Shown: positions 46,003 through 54,767 of the stretch, piece after piece
Layout: the number at the start of each line of letters is the position of its first letter
Numbering within the stretch: the first letter of the stretch is position 1
IMG/VR virus record: IMGVR_UViG_3300047557_002430
Location: 1 to 64,000 of that record
Reading direction: 5' to 3' (one strand)
Length of the DNA: 64,000 bases
Origin: a virus
Program-made: the position numbers and the translations under genes
Notes under the pieces: model-generated
The model's input: the letters and a program-made list of their open reading frames with translations, nothing else
The model's database searches: none
Told to the model about the DNA's origin: nothing

Positions 46003-46532
46003 TCGCGCAGCGTGGCCTTTAAAAACCACGCGGCTTTGAACATCATTTTGACAAGATCCGCCATGTAGTTTTCTACATCGGGTGCTTGTGCTTCGCGAGC
46101 GAGAACGCCGGTTTCCTTCGCCATCATGCCTGCGTTCTCTAAATTCTTTACGTAGGTCGTCAACGCCTCGCGGGCGGTGTAAGATTTAACATGTTTGAAA
46201 CCTTTGTACGCTCCTGTTAAACCTCGTGCACACATAGGCATGAGGTAATCCATGGAGCGAACAAACTCAGCAACACTGTCGAATTGATCGATGTGATCTT
46301 CGTACTGTTGTTTTAAAAACTCGTGAATAGGTAAAAACAGAGGGCCTTCAATATTTAAGTGAATGAGGTGAGCTTGTAAGTACAGTTGATTTAAATAAGA
46401 CCCAACGACTACAAGTTGATCGATAAGTTCGCCAACTGTAGCCGTCGGTTTTTGCTCCGGCGCCTCGGACTGCATAAATCCCCCAGCGTGGGGCATCTCT
46501 GCGGGTGTTTCGAAAGCGCCGGAGAGAGTCAT
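45993..46532 (-). CDS. dps: Dps/ferritin-like DNA protection protein
   Basis: H.NIEGP.F..IHEFL..QY....D..AE ferroxidase pattern; C-terminal K.AWFLKA. Confidence 0.85.
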   Translation of the reverse strand: MTLSGAFETPAEMPHAGGFMQSEAPEQKPTATVGELIDQLVVVGSYLNQLYLQAHLIHLNIEGPLFLPIHEFLKQQYEDHIDQFDSVAEFVRSMDYLMPMCARGLTGAYKGFKHVKSYTAREALTTYVKNLENAGMMAKETGVLAREAQAPDVENYMADLVKMMFKAAWFLKATLRDQA

Positions 46533-46533
46533 A

Positions 46534-46803
46534 TCAGAATTGGCAGGCCGAAGGCGCCGCCACGGTTTCTTCAGCCTCTACTTTAGCGGTAGAAGAACTT
46601 TGAAGATACTCTTCGAGTGCTGTTTTATTCACTCGGTACAGCGATTTAGCACCGTTGGGCTGGAGGTTAACGTAAACGGATTTAGGCCAACCGCCAGGCT
46701 GATTAGCCTCCGACAGAGCAATACGCTTACGAACAAAACCGGAGCTGCAGTTTAAAAGCTCAGCAGTTTCTGCAATGGTCAGGAGTGTCTTACCGTCCGG
46801 CAT
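46534..46803 (-). CDS. Xis/MerR-type winged-HTH protein
   Basis: LLTIAETAELLNCSSGFVRKRI...YRVNKTALEEYL; ATG at 46803. Confidence 0.75.
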   Translation of the reverse strand: MPDGKTLLTIAETAELLNCSSGFVRKRIALSEANQPGGWPKSVYVNLQPNGAKSLYRVNKTALEEYLQSSSTAKVEAEETVAAPSACQF

Positions 46804-46930
46804 TGTATATGCGGAGAAAAAGCAACGCATTTATATTAGCTCTATTTGTTCTGTGCACAGCGGGACTTGTGCGACTAAAGGAGTTCTTAAGATTTGTTTG
46901 AGCTAGCATGAATTCACAAAGGTAAGACTC

Positions 46931-47179
46931 ATGACGATCCGGCTCGCTGGTGAAATTTTTAAAGGATACAACGTCCCTAAGCGAGATGTTCAAGGCGGAA
47001 AAGAGTTCGCCGTGGCGGCTAAGGAGGGAGATCAGGTTCGTTTAGTGCGGTTCGGAGACCCCAATATGGAAAATAAGAGCGACGATCCTAAACGACGTGC
47101 TGCATTTCGCTCTAGGCACAGTTGTGACGAGAAAAAGAGTAAGTTAACACCAGGCTACTGGAGTTGCAAATCATGGTAG
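46931..47179 (+). CDS. small basic conserved phage protein
   Basis: LVRFGDPNM...P.RR..FRSRH.C...GYWSC..W. Confidence 0.75.
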   Translation: MTIRLAGEIFKGYNVPKRDVQGGKEFAVAAKEGDQVRLVRFGDPNMENKSDDPKRRAAFRSRHSCDEKKSKLTPGYWSCKSW

Positions 47180-47264
47180 TATATAACTATTAAGTAATTC
47201 TGTGTTCCGCCTTAGTTTGTTTGTTTTCTGCTAGAGCTAGACTTGAATTAGCTGGCTTAGGAAC

Positions 47265-47516
47265 ATGGCTTCGCGTAAGTCTGATGAGTCTCAGAATATA
47301 AACTGTCAGCTTACACTTGAAGACGAGTTTGTTCTGACCCGAATCAGAGCAAAGGCGTACTCTTTATCTAATAAAGATCGAGACCAGTATTTGTGGTCTA
47401 CCGTTTTCAAATTAATTTGCCGCGAACGTGCCTATAAAGCTGTTATGGCTGAAGTAGGAATAGCGATGGACACTAACATGAACCTGTTCGATGATGACCT
47501 TGAATTAGAAGAATAA
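47265..47516 (+). CDS. nblA: NblA-like phycobilisome degradation adaptor
   Basis: LTLEDEF...LS..D...YL......L..RE.AYK aligns without gaps to the NblA pattern LSLEQQF...MS.DQ...FL......M..RE..Y. Confidence 0.65.
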   Translation: MASRKSDESQNINCQLTLEDEFVLTRIRAKAYSLSNKDRDQYLWSTVFKLICRERAYKAVMAEVGIAMDTNMNLFDDDLELEE

Positions 47517-47572
47517 ACCGCCCGCGTGGTTTTACAATAGGTAATAAGAAACGTTTAGCGGTTTTTGCTGGC

Positions 47573-48907
47573 ATGGCTACGGATTACAGAGAGCTAGCTC
47601 GGCAAAAAGCTGCTAAATATGGGTTAATACCCGAGGTTTTTGAGCGGCAAATACAAGCTGAATCTGGGTTTAGCCCTGATGTAATTTCGGGTCAAAGGAA
47701 GTCTAGTGCCGGTGCTTTAGGTATTGCCCAAATAATGCCTTCCACGGCGGCTTCGTGGGGAGTTAATCCCTTAGATCCTGTCGCAGCCTTAGATGCGGCA
47801 GCCAAAAATATGGCCGCATATGTTAAGACATTCGGAGGAGTGGGAACAACAGATCCTGTAAAAGTTCGTACAGCGTATGAAAAAGCTTTACAGGCATATA
47901 ACGCTGGGCCAGGCAGCGTAGGTAAATATCTGCCAGCGGAGACTAAAAGCTACATCAGCAAAATTGTAGGCCCCGACAAGTTCAGCTTTACCGAAGCTGT
48001 TCAACGCGGTGTGGGCGCTACTGTTAGTTCTCCAGACACTGCACCCGCTCCAACTCCTGTTGAGCCTATTAAGTTACCTCGGTTTGATTTCAAGGGAGCA
48101 TTAACCGATATCGTCTCAAGTTTTGCTCAGAAAGTTAACGCACCGTCAGAAAGCTCGAATGCTTTTAAATATTTAGAGCTAGCTAATGCTCTTGATCAAT
48201 CTGGTAATCCGGAAAGTTCCGCTCTCGCTGAGGCGTATAGGGCAAAAGCTTTAGAAGCTTCTATGCAACCTATATCAAAAAATAGACCAGAACCTACAGA
48301 TTTGTTAGGTCAGATTTTGCAAGCAAAAGTAAAAGAATCGCAGCATAACGCTGAGGCCGCAGCATTAGAACAACAGATAAATAAATCCATAGGAGCTACT
48401 CAGACTGCAACTACGGCTCCGACACAATTAACTCCGGGTAAAGGATTAGCTCTAAAAGGGGTGACGATAACCTCCCCCGTAGATACTTCAGGTGAACCTG
48501 GGTTTGACTTTGTTATTCCCGGCGGACGTGGTGCCACTTTTACAACTCCGTTTAAAGCTCAGGTTCTTAAAGTTGTTAATGATCCTTGGGAAACCAATTT
48601 AGAGAAAGGGCCTGGTCGTAGGGGTTACGGAAACTACGTTGATGTACGAGGGGTTGACCCCATAACAGGGCGTCAATTTGATGTTCGGTTAGCGCATTTT
48701 GATAAACTGAACCCAGCCTTAAAGCCCGGTGCCGTAATCGAAGCGGGTACACCTATTGGTACTCAGGGAAGGTCAGGTTCTACAACCGGAGCGCACGTAT
48801 CCGCCGATTTCTACGACCCAGGAAAAAACACAGCGAGTGCAGATATACTTAAATTACGTGACAGAATTCGCGATAGACTGGCTAAAGGACTTCCAGTTTT
48901 CGAGTAA
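47573..48907 (+). CDS. virion-associated peptidoglycan hydrolase (SLT transglycosylase + M23 peptidase)
   Basis: QAESGF, GALGIAQIMP, AYNAGPG; GYGNYV, AHF, G.SG.TTGAH. Confidence 0.9.
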   Translation: MATDYRELARQKAAKYGLIPEVFERQIQAESGFSPDVISGQRKSSAGALGIAQIMPSTAASWGVNPLDPVAALDAAAKNMAAYVKTFGGVGTTDPVKVRTAYEKALQAYNAGPGSVGKYLPAETKSYISKIVGPDKFSFTEAVQRGVGATVSSPDTAPAPTPVEPIKLPRFDFKGALTDIVSSFAQKVNAPSESSNAFKYLELANALDQSGNPESSALAEAYRAKALEASMQPISKNRPEPTDLLGQILQAKVKESQHNAEAAALEQQINKSIGATQTATTAPTQLTPGKGLALKGVTITSPVDTSGEPGFDFVIPGGRGATFTTPFKAQVLKVVNDPWETNLEKGPGRRGYGNYVDVRGVDPITGRQFDVRLAHFDKLNPALKPGAVIEAGTPIGTQGRSGSTTGAHVSADFYDPGKNTASADILKLRDRIRDRLAKGLPVFE

Positions 48908-49467
48908 TGGGTGCCCCTAAGTCACAAACATTAAACGTACAAACTCCTAACTTTAATGAGGGGCTTGCGCAGCGTATTATTCAAGACGCTATTCAAAAGC
49001 AGTCTGAAACCGAAGGTAAATTACTCTCTCGTGGCGATTACTACAAAGGTCTTGAAAAAGAAGCACAATTTCAATTAGGTAGCCTATTTGGTCGTAGTGG
49101 AGAAGAAGCCCGGAAAAGTTATGAGGAAGCTTTTGCTGCAGGGATTCCAAATATTAAGTCGGAGTTTGAAACGAGGCAAAGCTTTTTTAATCCTAGAGTA
49201 ATAAAGTCTTCTTCTTATGCTGATTTAGCAGACTCTTTAAAGGGCTCCGCTCAAGAGTACACCGCTGGTATGCGCGGAGCTACTGAGGAAGCTAGTTCTC
49301 GGCTATACCAAGCTTTAATGGCTCCCTCCGTTGCTTTTGATGCTGTAGCGCAAACACCTACGTTTAATAAGTTATACGATCCTCGGTTTATGTCGCTAGC
49401 TACAAAGCCTCCCACAGTGCAAAGTGATGTTGACTCTATGAAGAGTCTGTATACATACAATGTCTGA
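48907..49467 (+). CDS. putative internal virion protein
   Basis: Coupled start; helical. Confidence 0.6.
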   Translation: MGAPKSQTLNVQTPNFNEGLAQRIIQDAIQKQSETEGKLLSRGDYYKGLEKEAQFQLGSLFGRSGEEARKSYEEAFAAGIPNIKSEFETRQSFFNPRVIKSSSYADLADSLKGSAQEYTAGMRGATEEASSRLYQALMAPSVAFDAVAQTPTFNKLYDPRFMSLATKPPTVQSDVDSMKSLYTYNV

Positions 49468-49759
49468 CTCTATTAGAGAGTCAAAACACGAACGTAAGGT
49501 TCGCTTTCATGGCGAAGCCCCGTTTGCGAAACACGATTACCGCTATCGGAGTCGTGGTGTAATACGTATGGCGGGGCAAGTCTGGGCTGAAAGTGCTCAG
49601 GAGCGCCAAAACAGGCTGTTGAGAGAGCGGACCTTAAAAAAGACGCGCCAAACCCCCGTGGGAATCGGATTCGGTGACGACGATTCCTTCGGCCCCGACG
49701 ACACGTATAAATCTGTGCGATTTATTAGCAATAGACCCGCCCCAGCGACGTATACATAG
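49460..49759 (+). CDS. small basic protein
   Basis: Coupled start; Arg-rich. Confidence 0.6.
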   Translation: MSDSIRESKHERKVRFHGEAPFAKHDYRYRSRGVIRMAGQVWAESAQERQNRLLRERTLKKTRQTPVGIGFGDDDSFGPDDTYKSVRFISNRPAPATYT

Positions 49760-50303
49760 TTTTAAATTGTGCAATATGTTGTTCTGTATTTAAATAATGA
49801 GGAAGATATAGAATAAACCCTAGACAACGAGTTCCACCTAGTTTGGGTAGCCCAGGACTGTCTATGAGCAGATCAGGATGATTTTTTAGAACGCAGATCG
49901 GTAAATCTATATCTAATTTTTGAGTGACTAATAAAGCGACTTCGGTAGACGTCAAGAAAATTATGGCTTGCTCGAACTCTCCTCTCCTGTACTTACGTAA
50001 ACACTCTTCTAGCCACACTCGTTGAGCAGACTTTTGAAATCGTCTGCGACGAGTAAATAATAAGGTTTCTTTAGGTTGCTCCGTGGCAGTTAAAAAGTCT
50101 CTAGGAGGATAAAGGTAGACGTTTTTAGCCTTCCAAGTTTGCGCTAAACCATTCTCTTTAATCGTGAAGTATCTGTATGCGTTAATTAAAGTATTAGCCT
50201 CTGAGCTTGATGCAGGATCTAGATCAATCTGACCATCAAAAAAAGAGGTTGTTACTCCCACGACGTTCGCAGGAGAGACAAAATCAATCTCGGATAATGG
50301 CAT
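49725..50303 (-). CDS. phage adenine methyltransferase-like protein with a variant catalytic motif
   Basis: IDLDPASS...NGL.Q.W...VYLYPPR (canonical motif is NPPY/F). Confidence 0.7.
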   Translation of the reverse strand: MPLSEIDFVSPANVVGVTTSFFDGQIDLDPASSSEANTLINAYRYFTIKENGLAQTWKAKNVYLYPPRDFLTATEQPKETLLFTRRRRFQKSAQRVWLEECLRKYRRGEFEQAIIFLTSTEVALLVTQKLDIDLPICVLKNHPDLLIDSPGLPKLGGTRCLGFILYLPHYLNTEQHIAQFKTMYTSLGRVYC

Positions 50304-50730
50304 TAGAGAATTCGTTTAGTCGCTCTTCTGCAGCATTTAAATCGATTAAATGAATACTCATAGCTTCTCTATTAACCAAGACGACTACGGCAACCTCATT
50401 TTTTTGTTCTTTATCCACTACAACTAAAAGCTTCTCTAGGAATTGTTTGAGCTGATCATCCATTATTTCCTCTGCGAGAGCTATGTCCTTCCTGATGTCG
50501 GACACAGACATATAGGTACTGGCTTCAGGAGCCGAGGGGTTAAAGAAGAGTGCACCCGCTCCTTCAGCTTTTTTAAACTCGTCGTGGAGAGTAACGATAT
50601 CTCCCACGATCATCTTTACAGCATTTAAAGCTATACGATTTTGTACTTCGCTTTTTCCGAAAATACTGTTAGCTAATTTAGAAGCGGGCTGACTCTTGCT
50701 CATAATTAATACCCTGTGAAAGAAGTCCAA
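50284..50730 (-). CDS. conserved hypothetical protein (start probably ATG 50703)
   Basis: Overlaps its neighbours in a leftward operon. Confidence 0.7.
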   Translation of the reverse strand: MDFFHRVLIMSKSQPASKLANSIFGKSEVQNRIALNAVKMIVGDIVTLHDEFKKAEGAGALFFNPSAPEASTYMSVSDIRKDIALAEEIMDDQLKQFLEKLLVVVDKEQKNEVAVVVLVNREAMSIHLIDLNAAEERLNEFSNAIIRD

Positions 50731-51014
50731 GCGTCCTTGAGCACTTTAGCGGCATCGAACAAGAAATTACTTGTGTTGGTTTCCGTAGGATCTAATTTGC
50801 AGTAGTGTCTGCCTTCGACTAAACCAGATGTTCCCTTAGAAGTTACTCCCTGATAAATTAACTTATCTACAGTTACTGGGGAGACACCTAAACGCGCAGC
50901 GATCGCCTTCTTGTTAACAAATGCTGTAGTGACTCCGCCCGCATTTGTGTTGGCGATGATCTGGAGGCTTGTGTCGATGTTCTTTAGAACATCCAGCAGT
51001 TCTTTCGGAAACAT
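50706..51014 (-). CDS. Xis/MerR-type winged-HTH protein
   Basis: FVNKKAIAARLGVSPVTVDKLI...EGRHY; ATG 51014 preferred over the track start. Confidence 0.7.
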   Translation of the reverse strand: MFPKELLDVLKNIDTSLQIIANTNAGGVTTAFVNKKAIAARLGVSPVTVDKLIYQGVTSKGTSGLVEGRHYCKLDPTETNTSNFLFDAAKVLKDAWTSFTGY

Positions 51015-51023
51015 AAAAAAAGA

Positions 51024-51148
51024 TGTGGAGGCTGCCAAAGCACTTGACGTCAAGCACTTCGGTTCACTTACGGCAGATCGGAAACGGTAAAAACGATCTG
51101 CGCCCCCACGGTACTAGCTCACGACCGTTCTTGCTAGAGCTAGTAGCC
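51024..51148 (-). promoter_or_regulatory. structured 5' leader: hairpin plus three-way junction containing a 12-bp palindrome
   Basis: TACTAGCTC/GAGCTAGTA; GTGGGGGC/GCCTCCAC; GCAGATCG/CGATCTGC; palindrome CTTGACGTCAAG. Confidence 0.6.
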
Positions 51149-51153
51149 TTATT

Positions 51154-51579
51154 CTAAGGTTGTCGTAACCATTGAGCATCAGATAAATCCGATATCGGTG
51201 TGGTTTTACGGGTGTACCCTACTCGCACAGATTTAAATATATCTGATGATTCAAACCGTGACCTATGATGCGCTGGGTTCACGCAACCAACTGTGCGACA
51301 AATTCGCTTCAGCTTAAAGTTTCCTACGTCTCCTTTATAAAAGGCATATAGAACGTTTTCTATTCGCATTTTCTTTTTATTGAGTCTCAGCGTCGTATAG
51401 TTTGACTTCCAACAATCCGCTAAGTCTCTATTTTGCAGCGTTAGCTGACTGAATAAGGCCCTTAGTTCTGGTGTGATTTGGTTTAGATCAGGTTCAAAAG
51501 GCGGATTGTCTATCTCTTTAAGACAATCCGCGCACACTGTATCTGTTTTGTTGTGAAAACGATTCCGAATGCAGGTCAA
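51154..51579 (-). CDS. Zn-binding HNH/His-Cys-box-like protein
   Basis: C...H....C..C N-terminus; CW; CRTVGCVNPAH. Confidence 0.65.
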   Translation of the reverse strand: MTCIRNRFHNKTDTVCADCLKEIDNPPFEPDLNQITPELRALFSQLTLQNRDLADCWKSNYTTLRLNKKKMRIENVLYAFYKGDVGNFKLKRICRTVGCVNPAHHRSRFESSDIFKSVRVGYTRKTTPISDLSDAQWLRQP

Positions 51580-51995
51580 AGGAGAGACTCTAGTTGCTCC
51601 ACAAAATCCTTAGGTTCGTCGATCAGCAGTTGGATGACCTTGTTAACTTTGACGCCCACATCAATCGTGTTGGCTTTGCGTTTATTAAGCAAAAGCCAAT
51701 ACTTATATGCGTTAAGCATGTAAAGATGCGTTTGTTTTGCTCGAAGTGCCTGTGCTTTCCAGCGTTCGAATTCAAAACTAGATGAATGCCGACTGCTGCC
51801 GGTCTTTAATTCGAGTTCTCGAACCTCAATTTGAAGGTCAATATCGCGGATCGTGTACTCTGTCGCAGAGATCTTGGCCTCACACTCGTGGAGAGAAGTC
51901 GGCTCAGGGTTGTCCGAATAAATCCACGTGGGGAGATTTTCAATGATGTACTCTTTAGACCAGAGACACGGTTTTGTTTCCTGCTCGTAAGTCAT
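51576..51995 (-). CDS. helical hypothetical protein
   Basis: ATGA coupling on both sides. Confidence 0.7.
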   Translation of the reverse strand: MTYEQETKPCLWSKEYIIENLPTWIYSDNPEPTSLHECEAKISATEYTIRDIDLQIEVRELELKTGSSRHSSSFEFERWKAQALRAKQTHLYMLNAYKYWLLLNKRKANTIDVGVKVNKVIQLLIDEPKDFVEQLESLL

Positions 51996-52324
51996 AGATC
52001 TAGAACTGAGCGAATAACTGTATTGAAATTGCCGTTTATGACATAAAGAACATGTGACTCAAACGAGACCTTAATGACCAGCCCGTATTTTTGGAGCTGT
52101 TTTAAATCCCGTAAGAGTTTTTGTTTAGAGAAACCAATTTCACTAAGAAGTTCTTTTGTCGATAAAGGCTGACGGAAGTTTAGCAGGTGTATCAACTCCG
52201 CGTGAAACCTTATGCAAGCAGTGATTTTTTTAAATTGGTGATCGTTCTTAGAGAAAGCGAACAGTTGTATTTTATTTCGAGCATTTGCTTCATGATTTTG
52301 GGGTTCACGTTGTTCATAGTCCAT
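51992..52324 (-). CDS. winged-HTH protein
   Basis: PLSTKELLSEIGFSKQKLLRDLKQLQKYGLV. Confidence 0.75.
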   Translation of the reverse strand: MDYEQREPQNHEANARNKIQLFAFSKNDHQFKKITACIRFHAELIHLLNFRQPLSTKELLSEIGFSKQKLLRDLKQLQKYGLVIKVSFESHVLYVINGNFNTVIRSVLDL

Positions 52325-52869
52325 TTGTAGACATCCTTTTTCATTTCGGGTGTTACTTTTGCCGCCGGGCTTGCGGCCAGCATCATATGGTAAGGATTAA
52401 CGCATAAGGGATCACTGCATGTAGAAAGAATCTTATCAGAGCGCTTCAGCTCGACGTTAAAGAATTTGGAATAAACGAAGCGCCGTGGACGCATTACTGT
52501 GTTTTTATCTGTGTCAACCAATCGGCAGAAGTCTTTAGGAAGGTGCAGGTGCGCTTCCTTAGTTATCGAAGGTTTGTTTTGCGTGAACCAGACGCCGATT
52601 TTATCGGAGGGTGTTTTTGCGTTTTTAAGTTCTTGTAAACATGTCTGGCACGCGTATAAACCTGAGGATGGGTGAATTTTACGTAAATCAGAAAGCGCAA
52701 TTAGATAAGGGGCTGACCGTTGACACTTACAAGTAAACCGAACTGTCTCTGTAAATACCTCAACCTTGAAGGAATCAAGGGTATAGCACTCCTGTACTAC
52801 CGAATCGGGGGGCTTAGCGGGGTGCGGCTCAAGCAGACCGAAGACTGCGATCAGGTTCATGGGGCTCAT
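52210..52869 (-). CDS. zinc-finger + HNH-like + HTH protein
   Basis: CKC...CQTC; CSDPLCVNPYH; C-terminal helix-turn-helix-like segment. Confidence 0.65.
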   Translation of the reverse strand: MSPMNLIAVFGLLEPHPAKPPDSVVQECYTLDSFKVEVFTETVRFTCKCQRSAPYLIALSDLRKIHPSSGLYACQTCLQELKNAKTPSDKIGVWFTQNKPSITKEAHLHLPKDFCRLVDTDKNTVMRPRRFVYSKFFNVELKRSDKILSTCSDPLCVNPYHMMLAASPAAKVTPEMKKDVYKWTMNNVNPKIMKQMLEIKYNCSLSLRTITNLKKSLLA

Positions 52870-52957
52870 GTAGTGACACCTAGTGCTCTAGTGCTCACAC
52901 AAGGATAGCACGGTCCAACTGGCTTTAAAAAGAAACTTTTTTCTGACTGGATCTGGT

Positions 52958-53090
52958 TAACGCGTTTTGCCACCTTATTGGAGTTTTTAAATCTGTTGGG
53001 TAACTGGGCTATTTAAAAATCCAGCCGGGCTGGAAACTTAGAAACGCGTTGTATTATATAATTTAATTTTAAATTAATTTAAATAACCCT
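52958..53090. other. nested inverted repeat plus AT-only tract (candidate replication origin)
   Basis: AACGCGTTT...AAACGCGTT enclosing TTTTTAAAT...ATTTAAAAA, then TATTATATAATTTAATTTTAAATTAATTTAAATAA, in a divergent intergenic gap. Confidence 0.45.
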
Positions 53091-53240
53091 GCTTACACGC
53101 AATTCACGTTAAGTGAAGCGGCCGAATAAAAAGTTTTTTCGACTCAGTTTGCCAGGAGAAGCGGCGTGGTAGTACGCAATTTAAGCATTCCTTTAGATGC
53201 TGTGTTACTGTTGGTTCAGTAGAGCCCTTAAAGGTCCGCC

Positions 53241-53405
53241 ATGACTTCAATACCCACTAAGGACTCAGCATTCGTAGAGACTCCAGAAACCGATTTTTGG
53301 CAAGAGTGTCGTAAGCGCGCTCAGGAACTGGGTATCCCTGCCTGGAAACTCGCTGAGGAGGGCTTCACTCATTGGGGTGTTGACAAGGAGACACCGGTTC
53401 GGTAG
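53241..53405 (+). CDS. hypothetical 54-aa protein
   Basis: MTSIPTKD...FWQECRKRAQELGIPAWKLAEE; not in the track. Confidence 0.6.
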   Translation: MTSIPTKDSAFVETPETDFWQECRKRAQELGIPAWKLAEEGFTHWGVDKETPVR

Positions 53406-53408
53406 TCT
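53380..53408 (+). promoter_or_regulatory. sigma70-type promoter
   Basis: TTGACA-17 nt-TAGTCT upstream of 53434. Confidence 0.65.
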
Positions 53409-53433
53409 AGTCCTGCATTTTTTGAATTTTTAA

Positions 53434-53781
53434 ATGCAGGAAGCTGGGACTCTAGAGGACCGGACTGACCGGTTTCGCCAGGTATACGAACTTTATCTAG
53501 ATGGGATGTCGTTTCGTGAAATCGGGGCAAAGTTTGGTGTTTCGCACGAATGTATTAGACAGTTGCTTAAGCGGGGTTCAACAGTTGAGGAATATAAGGT
53601 TCTGAAACTGTACGCTGATAAAAGGCGCGGCAGAACCTGGCAGACTACAGAAGCTATAAATCTGCTTAACGAAGGAAACTCCTGTTCTCAGGTAGCTAAA
53701 ATCCTTGGTGTTTCGCTTAGCGCTGTAAAACGTCTTTCGACTGAGTACAACAAAAAGAAAAAGTTAGAGCAAATTAGCTAG
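53434..53781 (+). CDS. double helix-turn-helix protein (sigma70 region 4-like)
   Basis: GMSFREIGAKFGVSHECIRQLL and GNSCSQVAKILGVSLSAVKRL. Confidence 0.8.
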   Translation: MQEAGTLEDRTDRFRQVYELYLDGMSFREIGAKFGVSHECIRQLLKRGSTVEEYKVLKLYADKRRGRTWQTTEAINLLNEGNSCSQVAKILGVSLSAVKRLSTEYNKKKKLEQIS

Positions 53782-53841
53782 AGTTCTTCTTAAAAGAGCT
53801 AAACTTAACTCTAGGAGGCTCTCAGTTACTCAGGGACTACA

Positions 53842-54765
53842 ATGGGAGCTTGTCCACATTACCCTAGTCGTCACAGTTTTCATACACCGAATTTTGAAGG
53901 GGCTATTGCGGCCCTTGTACAATGTATTTATACGGTCAGCGGCGTGGGCACAACCTCTTTCACGATTGATCCCTCGGGGTATGCCTCTAACTTCGAGGGC
54001 TTAGTTCAGTGCATCGAGGACTTAAATTTTACGCTTAGTGGAGTTAGCGCTGGCGGAGGTGTTTCCTCTATTCAGGCTGGTTCCGGCATTTATTTCAGCA
54101 GCAGCGGCACAGCTACCGTAATTAATGCCTCTGTTACTTCGGCCTCTGGTATTTCCTTTACAGCAGGGTCTGGCCTTTATTTAGTTGGTAGCCAGTTCAA
54201 CATCAACTATGACAATGTATTTCAGGGTTCAGTCTCTGGTCATATCCTTGGCGCTGGTGATAACACTGTTAGCTATAGCGGCAACACCGTAACGATTAGC
54301 GGAAGCGGAACAACCGGAGGCGGTGGCGGCGGAGGAGTGTCCGTTGTGGTCTCCGGTTCGCCTGGCGTTGGGTACACGAACGGTTCGCTTTGGTTCGATA
54401 CTAACCAGGGGCGGATGTTTGTGTACGCCAGTGGCAATGGCGTTACTTCAGCGCCTGACTGGTATCAGACGAACGCCGAGGCTCTTGCCTACAAGAGCGA
54501 GCAGCCGCCCTCTGGAACCGGCGCCAATGCTCCCGCTCGCGACGGTAGCCTCTGGTTTAACACCCTGCTGGGCTCGCTCTTCGTCTACGACGCGACAACC
54601 AGCGGTTGGTACGAAACCGGACCTAGCCGGGGTATTAGCTACAGCGTCGCCGCACCTGCTCCCAGCACTGAGGGTGCTATCTGGGTTCAGTCTTCTACGA
54701 GTCTGGTCAAGGTTTGGAACGGCTCTTCGTGGGCTGACATTAACATTGATGGAGGGGTTTACTAA
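53842..54765 (+). CDS. Ser-Gly-rich tail fibre protein
   Basis: Three G.(L/I)W fibre repeats; AGSG(I/L) repeats; C-terminal IDGGVY. Confidence 0.75.
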   Translation: MGACPHYPSRHSFHTPNFEGAIAALVQCIYTVSGVGTTSFTIDPSGYASNFEGLVQCIEDLNFTLSGVSAGGGVSSIQAGSGIYFSSSGTATVINASVTSASGISFTAGSGLYLVGSQFNINYDNVFQGSVSGHILGAGDNTVSYSGNTVTISGSGTTGGGGGGGVSVVVSGSPGVGYTNGSLWFDTNQGRMFVYASGNGVTSAPDWYQTNAEALAYKSEQPPSGTGANAPARDGSLWFNTLLGSLFVYDATTSGWYETGPSRGISYSVAAPAPSTEGAIWVQSSTSLVKVWNGSSWADINIDGGVY

Positions 54766-54767
54766 TC

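Noticed and set aside
46534-51014. Integration module implied by Xis-like genes
   Set aside because: No integrase or att site is visible in the window, so lifestyle cannot be called
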